Shown here one piece after another: positions 50,753 through 62,479 of a stretch of 64,000 nucleotides of DNA (position 1 is its first letter; every line of letters begins with the position of its first letter). This DNA is from Gekko japonicus (taxonomy: Eukaryota), in the NCBI RefSeq assembly GCF_001447785.1, contig NW_015170911.1:712138-776137 (forward strand), written 5' to 3'. The translations under genes were made by a program, and so were the position numbers. Under the pieces are notes generated by a model. It did no database searches and was not told the DNA's origin. It saw only the letters and a program-made list of their open reading frames with translations.

Positions 50753-52027
50753 GAAAGTGCTAATATTAAAATGCTAAGGGAATCTCTTTCAGGAGAAGAT
50801 AGAGTTCGTACAGAAAGTATGGGGGAAAGACTGAAGAAATCATTCCCTCATTTACTCTGAAATCCTTGCCTTGGGCTACTAAGAACAATAATTTTTTCTC
50901 CCTAGCTTCAGTACCAGAGACTTTTAAAACTTTTATTTAAATGTTTCAAACGATGCATATGAGTTGGTGCAAAGACACCAAAGGACTAAAATATAAAATA
51001 GATTTTCTCATCCTTGGAAATCATTTTGGAAAAATAAAAACCCAGTCCTAGCAAAAAAAGGGGGGGGGGAAGAAAAAAGATATCCTAAAGATATTTGGAA
51101 TGACAGAGAAACCACACGGGACAGATTTACGTTTACTGCAAAACAGATATGCAGCTTTTCTTCCCTAGGTGTTTAGATGTATGTCATGCACACTTCTCAG
51201 TTAATAATCTTTTTTATAAAAATGAAAGTTTCCTTGAAGATGGTACCTATAACAAGATTGTAACACTCTTCTAAGTACTCCAAAGAAGCGACTCACTGAA
51301 GTTTTATTAAGACCTCAAAGAAAAGCTTGACTGATCTAGCATGAGTCACTCTGCCTCAAGTATCTTTCAAAAACAGATTGATGCTTTTACCACTGTTGAC
51401 TGACCCAATGTTTTGTCTTTTTAAACAGTTCTTTGTTGTCTTTTCTCCCCACTTCCTTTGTTTGTGCTGCCCTAACATCCTACAGTGTCAGGAAGTGTCA
51501 GGAAGCATCTTTATGCTGTCTGACACAACCAGGCATGTTCCAGGGCCTTCTTAATCTAGCCCTTCTGCAAGCTACACCCTTCACAACAAGAAATGCACTG
51601 GAGCAGGAAATTATTCCCTGGGCCCAAGGCCACCAGGCTGTCTTCCCAGAAGGAACATCCGTTTTGCCTTAACCCAGGTAACGCAGTAATCCCTAGTCAG
51701 GAATAAATTTTTCCATAGGGCTAGTTTGAGAAGAGACATGGCCACAGCTGGAGAGCAGATGATGCCACACCTTTCCAGGGGCAGACTCCTCCCAGGAACT
51801 GGCAGCTGCCGATCGTCATGGTATATAGTACTACGGTTCAGACATGAAAATAAACGATGGTGTTTGCATACCACCTTCCTTCACAACTTTGGAGAGGGGT
51901 GATTTTATCATATCCGTCTTGGTACAATTTATAATTTGTCATTATACCCAAACCTGAAAACTTCGGTTTCCCATACAAACCAGGATCAAACCATAATCTG
52001 ACAGCTTGCGCAGCAGCTGAAGACATT

Positions 52028-52143
52028 AAATCAGCTCACGATTTGAGTGAAGGACAGCATAAGTACAGTACTCCACGGAGTGAAAATCAGCTCACGATTT
52101 GAGTGAAGGACACCATAAGTACAGTACTCCTTCACGGAGTGAA
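52028..52143. repeat. 56-59 bp tandem duplication
   Basis: AAATCAGCTCACGATTTGAGTGAAGGACA.CATAAGTACAGTACTCC...ACGGAGTGAAA occurs twice. Confidence 0.9.
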
Positions 52144-52519
52144 AAAAAAATCTCTGACAGTTATGTCTGAACCATGCCAAGGATTATTACAGTCCGCTGT
52201 ACTCCATCATCACACCTGTAGAAAACATCTTGTCAAACTATACAACTATAGTTATTCTAACTTTTGAAATGTTTATAACTTAAATGTTTTGCTGTCTTAA
52301 AAACTGAAGCTTTAAACCCCCCACCCCATCAAATCAAAATGAAAACGCTGCTCCTTCTCTTTTCTAAACAAGCTGAATATCCAAATTGCTTATGACAGAA
52401 TACACTCCCCTGTATTTAACAAGTAGATCGTGTTACATAAATTCTTGTTCTCTCTCTGGCTTCAGGTATCAATTATACACCAGATTTTTGTGTAAGGACC
52501 GAAAGGCAAACATACTTAC

Positions 52520-52615
52520 CCGAGAGATAGTCAGGGGCATATTGAAGTCTTTGCCGCCTTGAAGTCTGAATCCCCAAGGGGCTGGACCCACCAAAGAAAC
52601 ACTGTAGTTGTTCAT
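52520..52615 (-). CDS. PDLIM5: PDLIM5 exon 2 coding part (start codon and PDZ N-terminus), 96 nt; whole exon 52520-52655
   Basis: [32 protein letters not shown] with ATG in ATCATGA context. Acceptor CCTCTCTTACAG| and donor CGG|GTAAGT. The [30 protein letters not shown] start matches ENH/PDLIM5 rather than LDB3 or PDLIM7. Confidence 0.95.
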
Positions 52616-53800
52616 GATGCTTGAGGATCAAGGTCTAATTCCAGATACTGAATGTCTGTAAGAGAGGTTTAAAGATTAAAGAACACTGAAAGAATAAATA
52701 TTTAAGGAACATTCACAAATGCCATAGCGATTTGGCTTTTTAAAAGATATTTCAAGTCCACTTTTTGTTCCATGGGGACCCAAAGCGCCTTATACTGATC
52801 TCCCTTCCTCCATTTTGTCTTCACAACCACCTCCTCATGAGTTAGGTTAGGCTGAGAGAGCACGACGGGGTCAAGGTCAGACAGTGAGCTTCCACGCCAG
52901 AGCAGGAATTCAAACCTGGGTCTGACATTCTAACCACCACACTGGCTGGCTGTGCCACAGTGGTAAAGATTTAGGCCATGTTCAGATGTTAAACTTGTAC
53001 CTCTCAAGTTACTTGAGTGGAAACGGCTTCACGCTTCTAGATGGGCCAAGATCTGGTCCGGAAAAAACCTGGCTGGGTCTGCAGCTTTGGAATTCTGCTG
53101 GTCTTCCCTCTAGACAGATGCATTTTGTACCATTACTGCTTTTTGCCAGACTGGGCTGATCCTTCAAACGCTGCCTCTGTGTGAAGGTCAGTTACTTGGC
53201 TACCATGCGTGCCTTCTTAATCCCTTGTTCAGATTACGATAATGTGCTGGGGGGAACTGTTTTTGAACACTTTTCCAGAACCTGTCCTTAGTGTATAATT
53301 GATGGTTATTGAGAACATTTAAAGGCAGTGACAGAAAGGCCCTAGAGGTTGTTAATTAACTTCTAGCACAGCTCAAAAGTAATGGATTTGACCTTCAAAA
53401 GCCTGAAAGGTCTGGAATCAGAATACCTTTTGTAATACTACTATCCTATCAAATGTCTTGCTCACTGCAAGTCAGAGCAGCTACCAATAGCTGGGGAAAG
53501 AAGTTTACCATTTCTATACCTCTCCTAAAGCTGGAATCCATGTAAATATTTTGGGAGGTCTCGACAGAAAGATACTACATGGATTATTATTATTTTTTGC
53601 TTGGGCCAATATTGCTGGTTACAACTTTCTAAATATCAATCTAGCCCAATGTAAAGAAAAAAGCTGACCCTTCCTCCTCAAAGTCATGCATCAGAACCAC
53701 CAATGATGGCTGGCTACCAACCCCAGATAAGATGTACGACCTCTTTTCATCTGCTAGGGAGTTGTTAGTAAGGCCTTCTTGCTGTCCCAATCCTGTAATG

Positions 53801-54860
53801 CAGGGGTGTCAAACATACGGCCCGCGGGCCAGATCTGGTCCCTGCAGGGCTGCTATCCGACCGGCAAGCAACTGGCTCTCTGTTGCTTCCTGTATCGCAG
53901 CTCCTTTTCCTAGTCTCTCCCATTTCCTGCTTCGCAGAAGAGAGAAAGAAAGCCTAGCCTCCCTTCCCTCGATTGGCTGAGGGCTCCTCCCCCCCCGGGG
54001 GGGGAGAGAGAGAAATTGAGTCCCGTGGCACTTGGAGAGATCCCCCTTTCCAGTTCTAACAGATGGGGGGGGAGAAACCTAACAGCAGAGCTTGCATTCT
54101 TTATTAGTGAAAGGGAGAAGGAGTCCAGTAGCACCTTAATGACCAACAAAATTTGTGGCAGGGCATGAGTCTTCACGAGTCACTGCTCACTTCAGATACA
54201 GCTAGAATGTGAGTCCCCCTGTCCTTATATCTCAAAGAGTGAAGTGATTTCAGACACCAAATGACAATAACAGGCATTGGTAATGAGAGAAGAAACCTAG
54301 GTCTAAATTCTGTCCAGGAGGATGCATTATCTTGAGCTTCATTATCAGTTGCAATTCAGCAGTATCTCTTTCTAATTTCCCTTTGAAATTCCTTTGTAAG
54401 ATAACTGCTACTTTTAGGTCAGCAACTGAATGTCCTGGAAGGTTAAAATGTTCCCCGACTGGGTTTTGAATCTTGTTGTTTGTAATCACAGTAGAAAGCA
54501 TAAGAGTCCAGTAGTACCTTGAAGACTAACAACATTTGTGATAGGGTATGTGCTTTGTGAGTCATTGCTCACTTCTTCAGACTTACTTCCATTTATTCTT
54601 TGCATCCTCCTGGACTGAATCATTCTGGACCCAATTGAGACCTAGGTTTCCTGTCTCATTACCAAAGCTGATATCTCTATGCCTGCTACCCCTCTGCATA
54701 ACACACATAATCCAATCATAACTGCTATTGCCATTTGGCATCTGAAATCATCTTATATCTCCGGTACCTCATGCTACATTTTATAGCATACATGGCCTGG
54801 CTAACAAAGTGACATTTACGTCAGATCTGGCCCTCGTGACAAATAAGTTCAACACTTATG
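53801..54860. mobile_element. hAT non-autonomous element interrupted by a Penelope insertion
   Basis: Left end CAGGGGTGTCAAACATACGGCCCGCGGGCC; degenerate right end GATCTGGCCCTCGTGACAAATAAGTTCAACAC. Confidence 0.6.
54110..54757 (-). mobile_element. Penelope-like element 3' part: GIY-YIG endonuclease C-terminus with direct and inverted terminal repeats
   Basis: ORF 54250-54501 reads PVGEHFNLPGHSVADLKVAVILQRNFKGKLERDTAELQLIMKLK..PPG.N.DLGF. The terminal repeat occurs at 54120-54200 and 54505-54581, and an inverted copy of the 3' region lies at ~54600-54750. Confidence 0.85.
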
Positions 54861-55338
54861 TTAATGGGTCCTAATTTTTTGCTAATTTCTATTTACAGGC
54901 TGCCTATACTTTATGCTTTTTTTTATGTTCAATATTCGGTATGTTTTAAATGATGGTTTGCATGACACACTGAAGCAAATTAAGTAGCCATAAGTGTCCT
55001 GGAAAAGTAGTCTCAAATGTAGTGGTTAAAAAAAAAGACACTTGTACATTCTCAAAAAAATCTTATTACACAGCAGCAAACCAATATTTTTTTGGCAAGT
55101 CTGTGTTGACAGGGAGCTTCAGCAATCCTGGCTCCCTAACAAATTTACCTTTACCATAATTGTTCTGAACACATCTTGCTTGTTGCATTCATACTTGATA
55201 TTTTTAGGTGGGTCATGAAACAGCGTACATGTACTCATAAAAACCAGTTTCAGAAAGTAGCCATGTTGGTCTGCAGTAGAAGAACTTGATTTGAGCTCAG
55301 TAGCGTCTTAGAGACTAACAAGATACTGGGGGTATGAG

Positions 55339-55544
55339 CAGTGTACCGTCTAAGCTGAGTTAGTGTGAGCTAGCTCACAGTTTTTTAGCCTTCAGCTCAC
55401 AGATTTTTGTCTTAGCTCAGGAAGGACGGCTCCAGAGCAGACTAATTTATGCAGTAGCCACATCGCTCGCTCGCAACTTTAATGCCAGTAGCTCACAAAG
55501 TACAATTTTTGCTCACAAGACTCCGTAGCTTAGAGGGAGCATTG
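55339..55544. mobile_element. hAT MITE with an 8-bp TSD, inserted in a Penelope terminal-repeat relic
   Basis: GGTATGAG|CAGTGTACCGTCTAAGCT...AGCTTAGAGGGAGCATTG|GGTATAAG. Confidence 0.85.
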
Positions 55545-58429
55545 GGTATAAGCTTTCAAGAGACAAATATTTAGTGACATTTTCTGATCCATCTCATGCA
55601 GGAAGGATCATTGCCTTGAAAACTTGGATGGAAGCTATTAAGCAAGGTTCACATACTTTGCCAGTGATGTAATTGTAGATTGCCCCGCTATTTAATTAGT
55701 ATCCTAGACTCAAGCTTTTGCCACCTATGAAGATAATATTCAAACTTGCTTATACACTCATTTTATATATGCATTATATAAATAATTGTACAATGCATAT
55801 GCTAAGCAGTTCTGCATATTTACTAATTGGCTTCCTTGACAATTAAAATTAAATTTCTGCTGTTCTTTGAAATATAAATACCGATTTACCTTTACATTGC
55901 TAGCTTAATATCAGGACATTCACTTATGACACCACTGAAACTCCATCCTTATTACATAAGTGATAAAGAAATCCATGCCTAGGAATTCGGGGGGTGGGGG
56001 CGCACGAATAAAGAAAGACTGAGTACTCTGGATTTAGTAACACCTGTCCTGTGTGTATTCTAGAGCAAGAAGAGTTTCCCTAAACAGAGGTAAAAAAATT
56101 TAGTTAATACAATCCAAGATTTCTTCTTGGAATATTTACCTAAGACACACAAAATGGCAATTTATTAATCACTAAAGTTATGTAATGCAAGCCAACCATT
56201 TGCAAGTGAAATGTTTCTGCATGAAATCTAGGACATATTTTAAGAAGTGAAATATATTTTTCCATTTTCAATACTTTCTTGGGGGAGAGGAGGTCAGTGT
56301 CAAAGATGACTGTTTCAGTGTCACCTTAGATAAGATATTGTAATACTGCCTAAGTAGAAACTGGCTTCTATTTTTATATATTTGGAAAGACTGAGAGGCT
56401 ATGCAAACTGTAAAGTGAAACCAAAGCATGCTATGGAAAGATCCTGAAGTTAGTTAATATTTAAGGTGGAACCAGGCAAATGAGTTTGCATTTAAATTTC
56501 TGGTGGTTAAAAACCTGAGTCCCACACCTGGGAAGCAGATCTGTAGTAAACACCTGCAGAGAAGCTACAATACCACAGCAAGCATTAATACCTTAGCATT
56601 CTCCACAAAGTCAAAATGAAGTTCTATTCCCTAATAATACAGCATGTAAAGCACTGGTCTCTTCTATCTAAGTAAGGCTTTCTGAAAGAGGGGAGGAGGT
56701 GAACCCAGTGGTCTCAAAGCTCAAGATTTCCATTTGAAAATTCTGCTCTCCCTCCCTCCACCCAACACACTTGATCCATTAGCATGGGGGCAGCTGTCAG
56801 AAGGAAGCTCTTCTATATGAACTCCCAGGAGGAATAAACTTTGGGGAGGTGGGAAGCTGCTTCTGGAAGAACATCCATTTCACTGGTGGCCACATGGCCA
56901 AGCCAGAAAGACAGCAGGCACAGCACTAGTCACCATGAACTAGTGCTCACCCACCAGGCAAGAGATGCCACGCTCCCAGTTCAAGAGCTACTGCATCAAA
57001 GTACCCAATATCTGCACGATTTAAGGCTGTAATGTTTTCTAAATTCCATAATATGGATTATTGTTTGGACTAATGGGAAGTATTCTGGATTGAGTCACAG
57101 AATACGATGAGTTTTCTGTTGCCATCTTTACCAGTCATGCTTGGAATTTGGAATCTGTCCCCCCTCCCCTTCTAACTTTGGAGATGCTCATTTTGACAGT
57201 CTGCGTCTTAAGAAAATCCTGGTCAGGCTTGGATTTGAGAGACCCATGGGTCAGAACGAACATCTGATTGACTAGATTAAACTATGGTAATATTTTAACA
57301 CACGCTTGGAAGACAATGTATGGAAAATGTTATGGTGGAAATAAAGAATCCATGGGCATTTTGTTTTAAAAAGCAGTTAGGAATCCTGCATCATTTTTGG
57401 TATGCACTTTAAACAAAATCTGACACAGACTCTCTTTCTGCTATTGACAAATTCTAGAATGGTAACCAAAAGATCTGCACATACAATATTGGGTGCCTGA
57501 ATGCTCTGCTGTACTTAAAAAAAAAAAATCCACCCGGATTTCTCATTTCCCTGCTAGAAAGAATCTGATGTATACCCTACCCCATAAATCAACCTGAAAG
57601 AAATCAAGGAACTTAAAGAAACTTAATTACTTGGTCACACAGCTACACAACATTTCCCAAAAAAATTAAATTGCTTTACTGCACATTTAAGCTAAAAGCT
57701 CAGGTGCATCCACAGAAGTTGCATGGTCAGCCCAACTCAAGATCTTCTGAAATAAATTAGATAAGAAAGTGTGCAGTAATCTGAAGCCAGAGCAACTTTA
57801 CGTTCCTGCAAGTTAATTAAGGGGCAGAAAAGACTTCCCTAAAAGGCAAGCTATGCTCGACTTTGCAGATTTTCTGTTCTATTTTTTTTTTTTTACTTTT
57901 TGCCATCTACCTAGTTACAAAAGGCCCAGCAAGAAGGAGGAAGCAGATGCACCGAGCAATCCCACACACTTCGCCCTGCCCCGCCTAGCTGTTTTGAACT
58001 TCCCCAGTCACACACTTTCCCCTTCCAGGCTGTTTGCGACAAGGCGTTTGCATAGCAAGGGGTTTGCATTAACTCAAACCCCGTGTTCCCCCCCCCCCCG
58101 AGAAAACCTCCACCAATGCACAGACCCTGCACAATGCTCAGCCTATGGCATCTATCAAATAGTTAAAAGTTCACTCCCAACTTGCCATCTCTCGGCTCCT
58201 TTCTCAGAAGTCTTTAAAATGGGGGGAGAGACACCCAGAGGTTTGGTACAATGCCAGAATTCGGATTAGGCAGCCTATTCTCCTAAAGCCACGGCAAAAA
58301 AAGAGATGATTCACCGCAGAAATTAAGGAGAGATTCGAGTCTGCTTACGAGGACTTCCAACGCAAACTGAACCGCTGCTCTGGGAAAAAAGGGGCTAATT
58401 CCTCCCCCCCCCCTCTGCCCCCCGTCCCT

Positions 58430-59180
58430 TAGAGACAGTCAGCCCCACACTCTTCATCGAGCACGCATCTTTGTGCTTCCTGCGTGCACACAGAACGAGC
58501 AGGGCTCCCTTTCCCTCCTCCGAATCCTCCCGCCATGAACCCTACGCAGAATTTCGCCGGTGCCCCTGGGGACTGGAGGAGCATGCGCCTTCTCCGCAAG
58601 GTGCTGCCCGGCGTGTCTGGCTTTGCTCTGGAGCTGCCAGGTGTCGCCCACCCACCCCCTTCGAACTCGCCAAGCGCCTTTACGCGCAGCCCTGCGAGGC
58701 GGAGGGTGGCTCCCCTCGAACCGGCGCTTGTCCCCTTTCCCTCTCCGCCCCGACGCTTCCTTCTCTCGCTCCTAACCCGGTGCCCCTCAGCTCACCTCTG
58801 AAGCGGCTGGGCTGCCCGAGAGACGCGCCGTTCTGAGCGCACGGCACCAAGGACGCGCAGGCGCTTCCACCGGCTGGCTGGCTGGCGTGCGTGTGAGAGA
58901 AAGCAAGCTCCCAGCCGAAGGTCTCGGTCCGCTGGCTCTTGTTTGCACTTCCGCCCCCTTTTCTCTTCGCTCCTCCCCTCTCCGGGACGAGGAAGCGTTC
59001 TCCGGCGGGGAGAGGAGGGAAGCGCCCAGACGCGCGCAGCGTGGGACTCCGAGAGGGAAGACGCGCTGTCTGCCCGCGAGTTGGGGAAGTGACAGCCCCG
59101 GGCATTCTTTGCTTACTGCGCCTTCCCCGGGACTTTTCCCCTGGGGAAAAATGCCAGAGGGTAGCCCGGCTCGTTTGGTG
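58430..59180 (-). promoter_or_regulatory. PDLIM5: CpG-island promoter of PDLIM5
   Basis: GC- and CpG-dense non-repeat DNA 6 kb upstream of exon 2. Contains adjacent forkhead (TGTTTGC), ETS (ACTTCCG) and GC-box (CCGCCCC) motifs at ~58940-58958. Confidence 0.75.
58796..58930 (-). other. PDLIM5: Probable non-coding exon 1 of PDLIM5 (upper boundary/TSS approximate)
   Basis: Strong donor CAGAG|GTGAGC at 58796/58795 within the CpG island. Exon 2 begins with an acceptor upstream of the ATG, so an upstream non-coding exon is required. Confidence 0.65.
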
Positions 59181-59699
59181 TTGCCACAGAGGCTTGATGC
59201 TCTTTAAAAACTACATTTATTCTGGGTGAATTCCGTAATAGTTGTGTTGGCCGATTAAGAAACGTTCCTTCAAAAAGTTGTTTCAGGGCCCGATGCAGTT
59301 TGCTGCATTCGTGAAATATTGTCAAACCCCCTAACACACACACACTGTAAACTAAACATCCACTCGGATGCGGAATTCTCTTGAGAACTGACAGCTTTGC
59401 GACAATTCAGTTAGAATATTGGACTAGGATGTGGGAGACCCAGGTTCAAATCCCCACTCTGCCATGGAAGCTTGCTGGGTGGCCTGGGCCAGTCATGCTC
59501 TGCCTACCCTACCTCACAGGGTTGTTGTGAGGATAAAATGGAGGGAACAAGGTACCCCCTGGACTCATAAATGAAGTAAACAAATACATAAATAAAAGTT
59601 TCCAACAGCTAGAGCTTGTATCTTAAATTCATGAAAGTTTTAGCCACAGTAAATATGTCTTTAAAGTTATAGCAAACTGTAAAAAAAAAATTGGGGCAC

Positions 59700-60100
59700 A
59701 AAACAGTGCTAGCCTTTAAGGCCTTTAACAGTCTGGGACCCACTATCTTTGGGACCACCTGGTATACCCCCCAAGCACATTACGAAGCACATTACATCCA
59801 GCTGTCCTTGACCAGGGCCAGGGCATTTTCTGCCCTGGCCCCAACCTTGTGGACCTCTCTGCCAACATCCATGCCCTGCAGGACTTAATGCAGTTCCACA
59901 GGGCATGCAAGGCAGAGATGTTCTGCCAAGCATTCCGTTGAGGACAGCCATAGTTTCCATCTGTCTGATCCTCCTGTTCCCCCCCCACACAAGGTTAATA
60001 GGTTAACCATTGTGTTTATTTTATTTGTGGTTTTAGTATGTGAATGTTTTTACTGATGTACAGCACCCTGAGCCCTGTTCTGTGGGAAGAGCAGTCTAAA
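59700..60100 (+). mobile_element. L2 LINE 3' remnant
   Basis: AFKAFNSLGP..., TRARAFSALAPTLWTSLP and a downstream CACCCTGAGCCC tail. Confidence 0.7.
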
Positions 60101-60819
60101 AATTGTACATGTTATATATATAATACACACATAAAGTATATTCAGGCCTGCCTGTTTGCAGTCATGAGCTAAATGCATCAACATTATAATCCTATTTAGA
60201 AAATTCAGATGACATATCACAGCCCCAAACAAAATTTTATTTCAGCAGTTTGGGCAGTTGTTGCCCAAGCAAGATCCCCCCCCCCCAGGCTTAACCACAG
60301 CCACCAAGGATTGGGGCTATTGCACAAGGGAAGCATAATTTAATTTTTCCCTCATGCACTATTTTTCCACATCAAAAAGCTTGAAGGAAAAATTGGTGAT
60401 GGAAAGTGATGGAAACCCAGTGGGGTCAGGCAAATACCAAAAAATCCCTCCTTCTATGCCATGGTTCTGATTAGGATTTGCAACCCCCACCCCCAAAAAC
60501 AGATATTTAGCTTGGGAAAGCAGGTGGGAGACCTCTTTGTATCCAGTTTGGCCCACAGAGTTTGTTTCTAGTTTTTAGCACCAGTAGATTTCTCAGACCG
60601 TGAAGGCACCGTGACAGCCCCCACGTACAGTGTTCCAGCAGCCTTGTCTGTTTCCTGTGTCTTCAGCAATAACTTCTGGACTAGTACAAGATGTTTGGCT
60701 GTTCAACCATTCACCTCTCATGCTGCCTTGACTACCTCCAAGACAAGCTTATGGTCTGTGCATCTTGTCCTGTGCTGTCATGCTGGTATTAAACTCTGTG
60801 GGATTTACTTATCAGTAAA

Positions 60820-60999
60820 ACTGCTTACCACTTCGGTGGGAAGGTAACAGCGTTCCATGCGCCTTGGTGTTTAGTCATGCCGGCCACATGACCACGGAAA
60901 CGTCTTCAGACAGCTCTTCGGCTTTGAAACGGAGATGAGCACCGCAACCCTAGAGTCGGATTCAACTGGCTTTCGAGCAAGGGAACCTTTACCTTTACC
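60820..60999 (+). mobile_element. Sauria SINE 3' half
   Basis: GGGAAGGTAACAGCGTTCC...GTCATGCCGGCCACATGACCACGG...GGGAACCTTTACCTTTACC. Confidence 0.9.
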
Positions 61000-61242
61000 T
61001 AAAACTGCTTAGGGGTTTTTTTGCTGCACGTGTCAAAACATATATTAAAAGTAGGTGGGTTTTCCTGACACTGAACTGACCCAAAGCAGATGCTTCCACT
61101 GACAGAGGATGGATTAATCCTGTCACAACGTATGGGGTGGTAGCATTCTTTGGGAAGATGAGAAGATCCAGGGGCAAGGTAGCTGCAGTGTCACCGCTTC
61201 CCTTTGCAATGTTAAGAGCATTAAACACATGTCTGGATTTGT

Positions 61243-61960
61243 GGGGCAGGCTGCAGCTCAGTGGTAGAGCATCTGCTTGGTATGCCAAAGGTCCCTGGTT
61301 CAGTCCTCAGCATCTCCAGGTAAAAAGATCAGATCAGAGGTGATGTGGAAGACCTCTGCCTAAGACCTTGGAGAACTGCTGTCAGTCAGAGTACATAAAT
61401 TGTATATTTTAATATTGTTTTTACTGTGAAATGACCTGTTGTGACCTGCCCTGAGCCTGCTAGTGCGGGAAGGTGAGATATTAAATTAATAAATAAATAA
61501 GAACATAGGAGAAGCCATGTTTGATCAGGCCAATTGCCCATCCTGTCCACCACTCTGTGTCACACAGTAGCCAAAACCCAGGTGCCATCAGGAGATCTAC
61601 CAGCAGGGCCAGAACGCTCGAAGCCCTCCCACTGTTGCCCCCCCAAGCACCAAGAATACAGACCATCACTGCCCCAGACATAATGTTCCATCTATACCTT
61701 GTGGCTAATAGCCACTGATGAACCTCTGCTCCATATCTGAAGAAGTAAGCAGTGACTCACAAAAGCTCATACCCTACCACAAGTTTTGTTAGTCTTTAAG
61801 ATGCTACTCGACTCTTACTCTTTTCTACTGCTCCATATGGTTATCCAATCCCCTCATGAAGCGACCTGTGCTTGTAGTCACCACCGCATCTTGTGGCAGT
61901 GGTAGACAACAATACTGATTGTGATGAACCAAGGGTTCAGTATAAGGCAGCTTCATATGC
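61243..61960. mobile_element. Nested cluster: tRNA SINE (61243-61395 and 61902-61960) split by an L2-type tail, a CR1 3' end (minus, ~61497-61900) and a Penelope fragment (61737-61827)
   Basis: SINE head GCTCAGTGGTAGAGC..GGTTCAGTCC. The CR1 part matches 13148-13450. The Penelope fragment is flanked by an 11-bp duplication CTGCTCCATAT (61726-61736 / 61828-61838). Confidence 0.75.
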
Positions 61961-62313
61961 CTTATGCTGCATCAGGCCACTAGCCTATCAAGGAAGGTTA
62001 GTATCTTCTACTCTGACTGGCAACAGCTCTCCAGGGGCTCAGGAAGAGGTCTTTTGGACCACCTGATACTTCTAACTGGAGATGCTAGAAGCTAAACCTG
62101 CAACCTTCTTCATGCAAAGGTGATGCATTGACACAATCGCTGTACATGTATGTGTACGCACACATGCTTATGTAAGAATGTTAAAGCTTCAAATAAATAA
62201 AATTAAATTAAGATATATTACTTCAGTCGTTTGCCTGAATCCAGTCACAGTCTGCTTGACACAGGGCTCAGATGACAGATGTGAGGAAAAGGAAGAAAAA
62301 CTACCCTTTTGTA

Positions 62314-62361
<48 letters not shown>
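62314..62361. repeat. (AAT)16 microsatellite
   Basis: Read directly from the sequence; it adjoins a short reverse LINE-tail relic. Confidence 0.95.
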
Positions 62362-62362
<1 letters not shown>

Positions 62363-62479
62363 CTTTTGATTTATTGATCGCTTTCCCCACGAGTGGGCTC
62401 AAAGTGATTTACAGTTACACTTTTAGACAGGGGACTAATAATGTTTCATAGGGGATAGGAAAGACAACATATAATTCAT

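Noticed and set aside
52028-52143. CRISPR-like or other repeat-spacer arrays (also 2085-2297 and 38775-38838)
   Set aside because: Only two adjacent units with no unique spacers, in a vertebrate intron.
52520-52615. Alternative identity LDB3 (ZASP) or PDLIM7
   Set aside because: The N-terminus [15 protein letters not shown] and exon 3 GDVVLSIDGI fit PDLIM5 better. Downstream exons are outside the window, so slight uncertainty remains.
57046-57056. CCATAATATGG as a CArG box
   Set aside because: It has seven A/T bases between CC and GG, so it does not match CC(A/T)6GG.
58454-59229. Multiple 100-140 aa ORFs in the CpG island
   Set aside because: These are Pro/Arg/Ala-rich stop-poor frames expected in GC-rich promoter DNA, with no domain similarity.
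61243-61315. tRNA-like sequence (GCTCAGTGGTAGAGC...GGTTCAGTCC)
   Set aside because: No intact cloverleaf; it continues into a SINE body.
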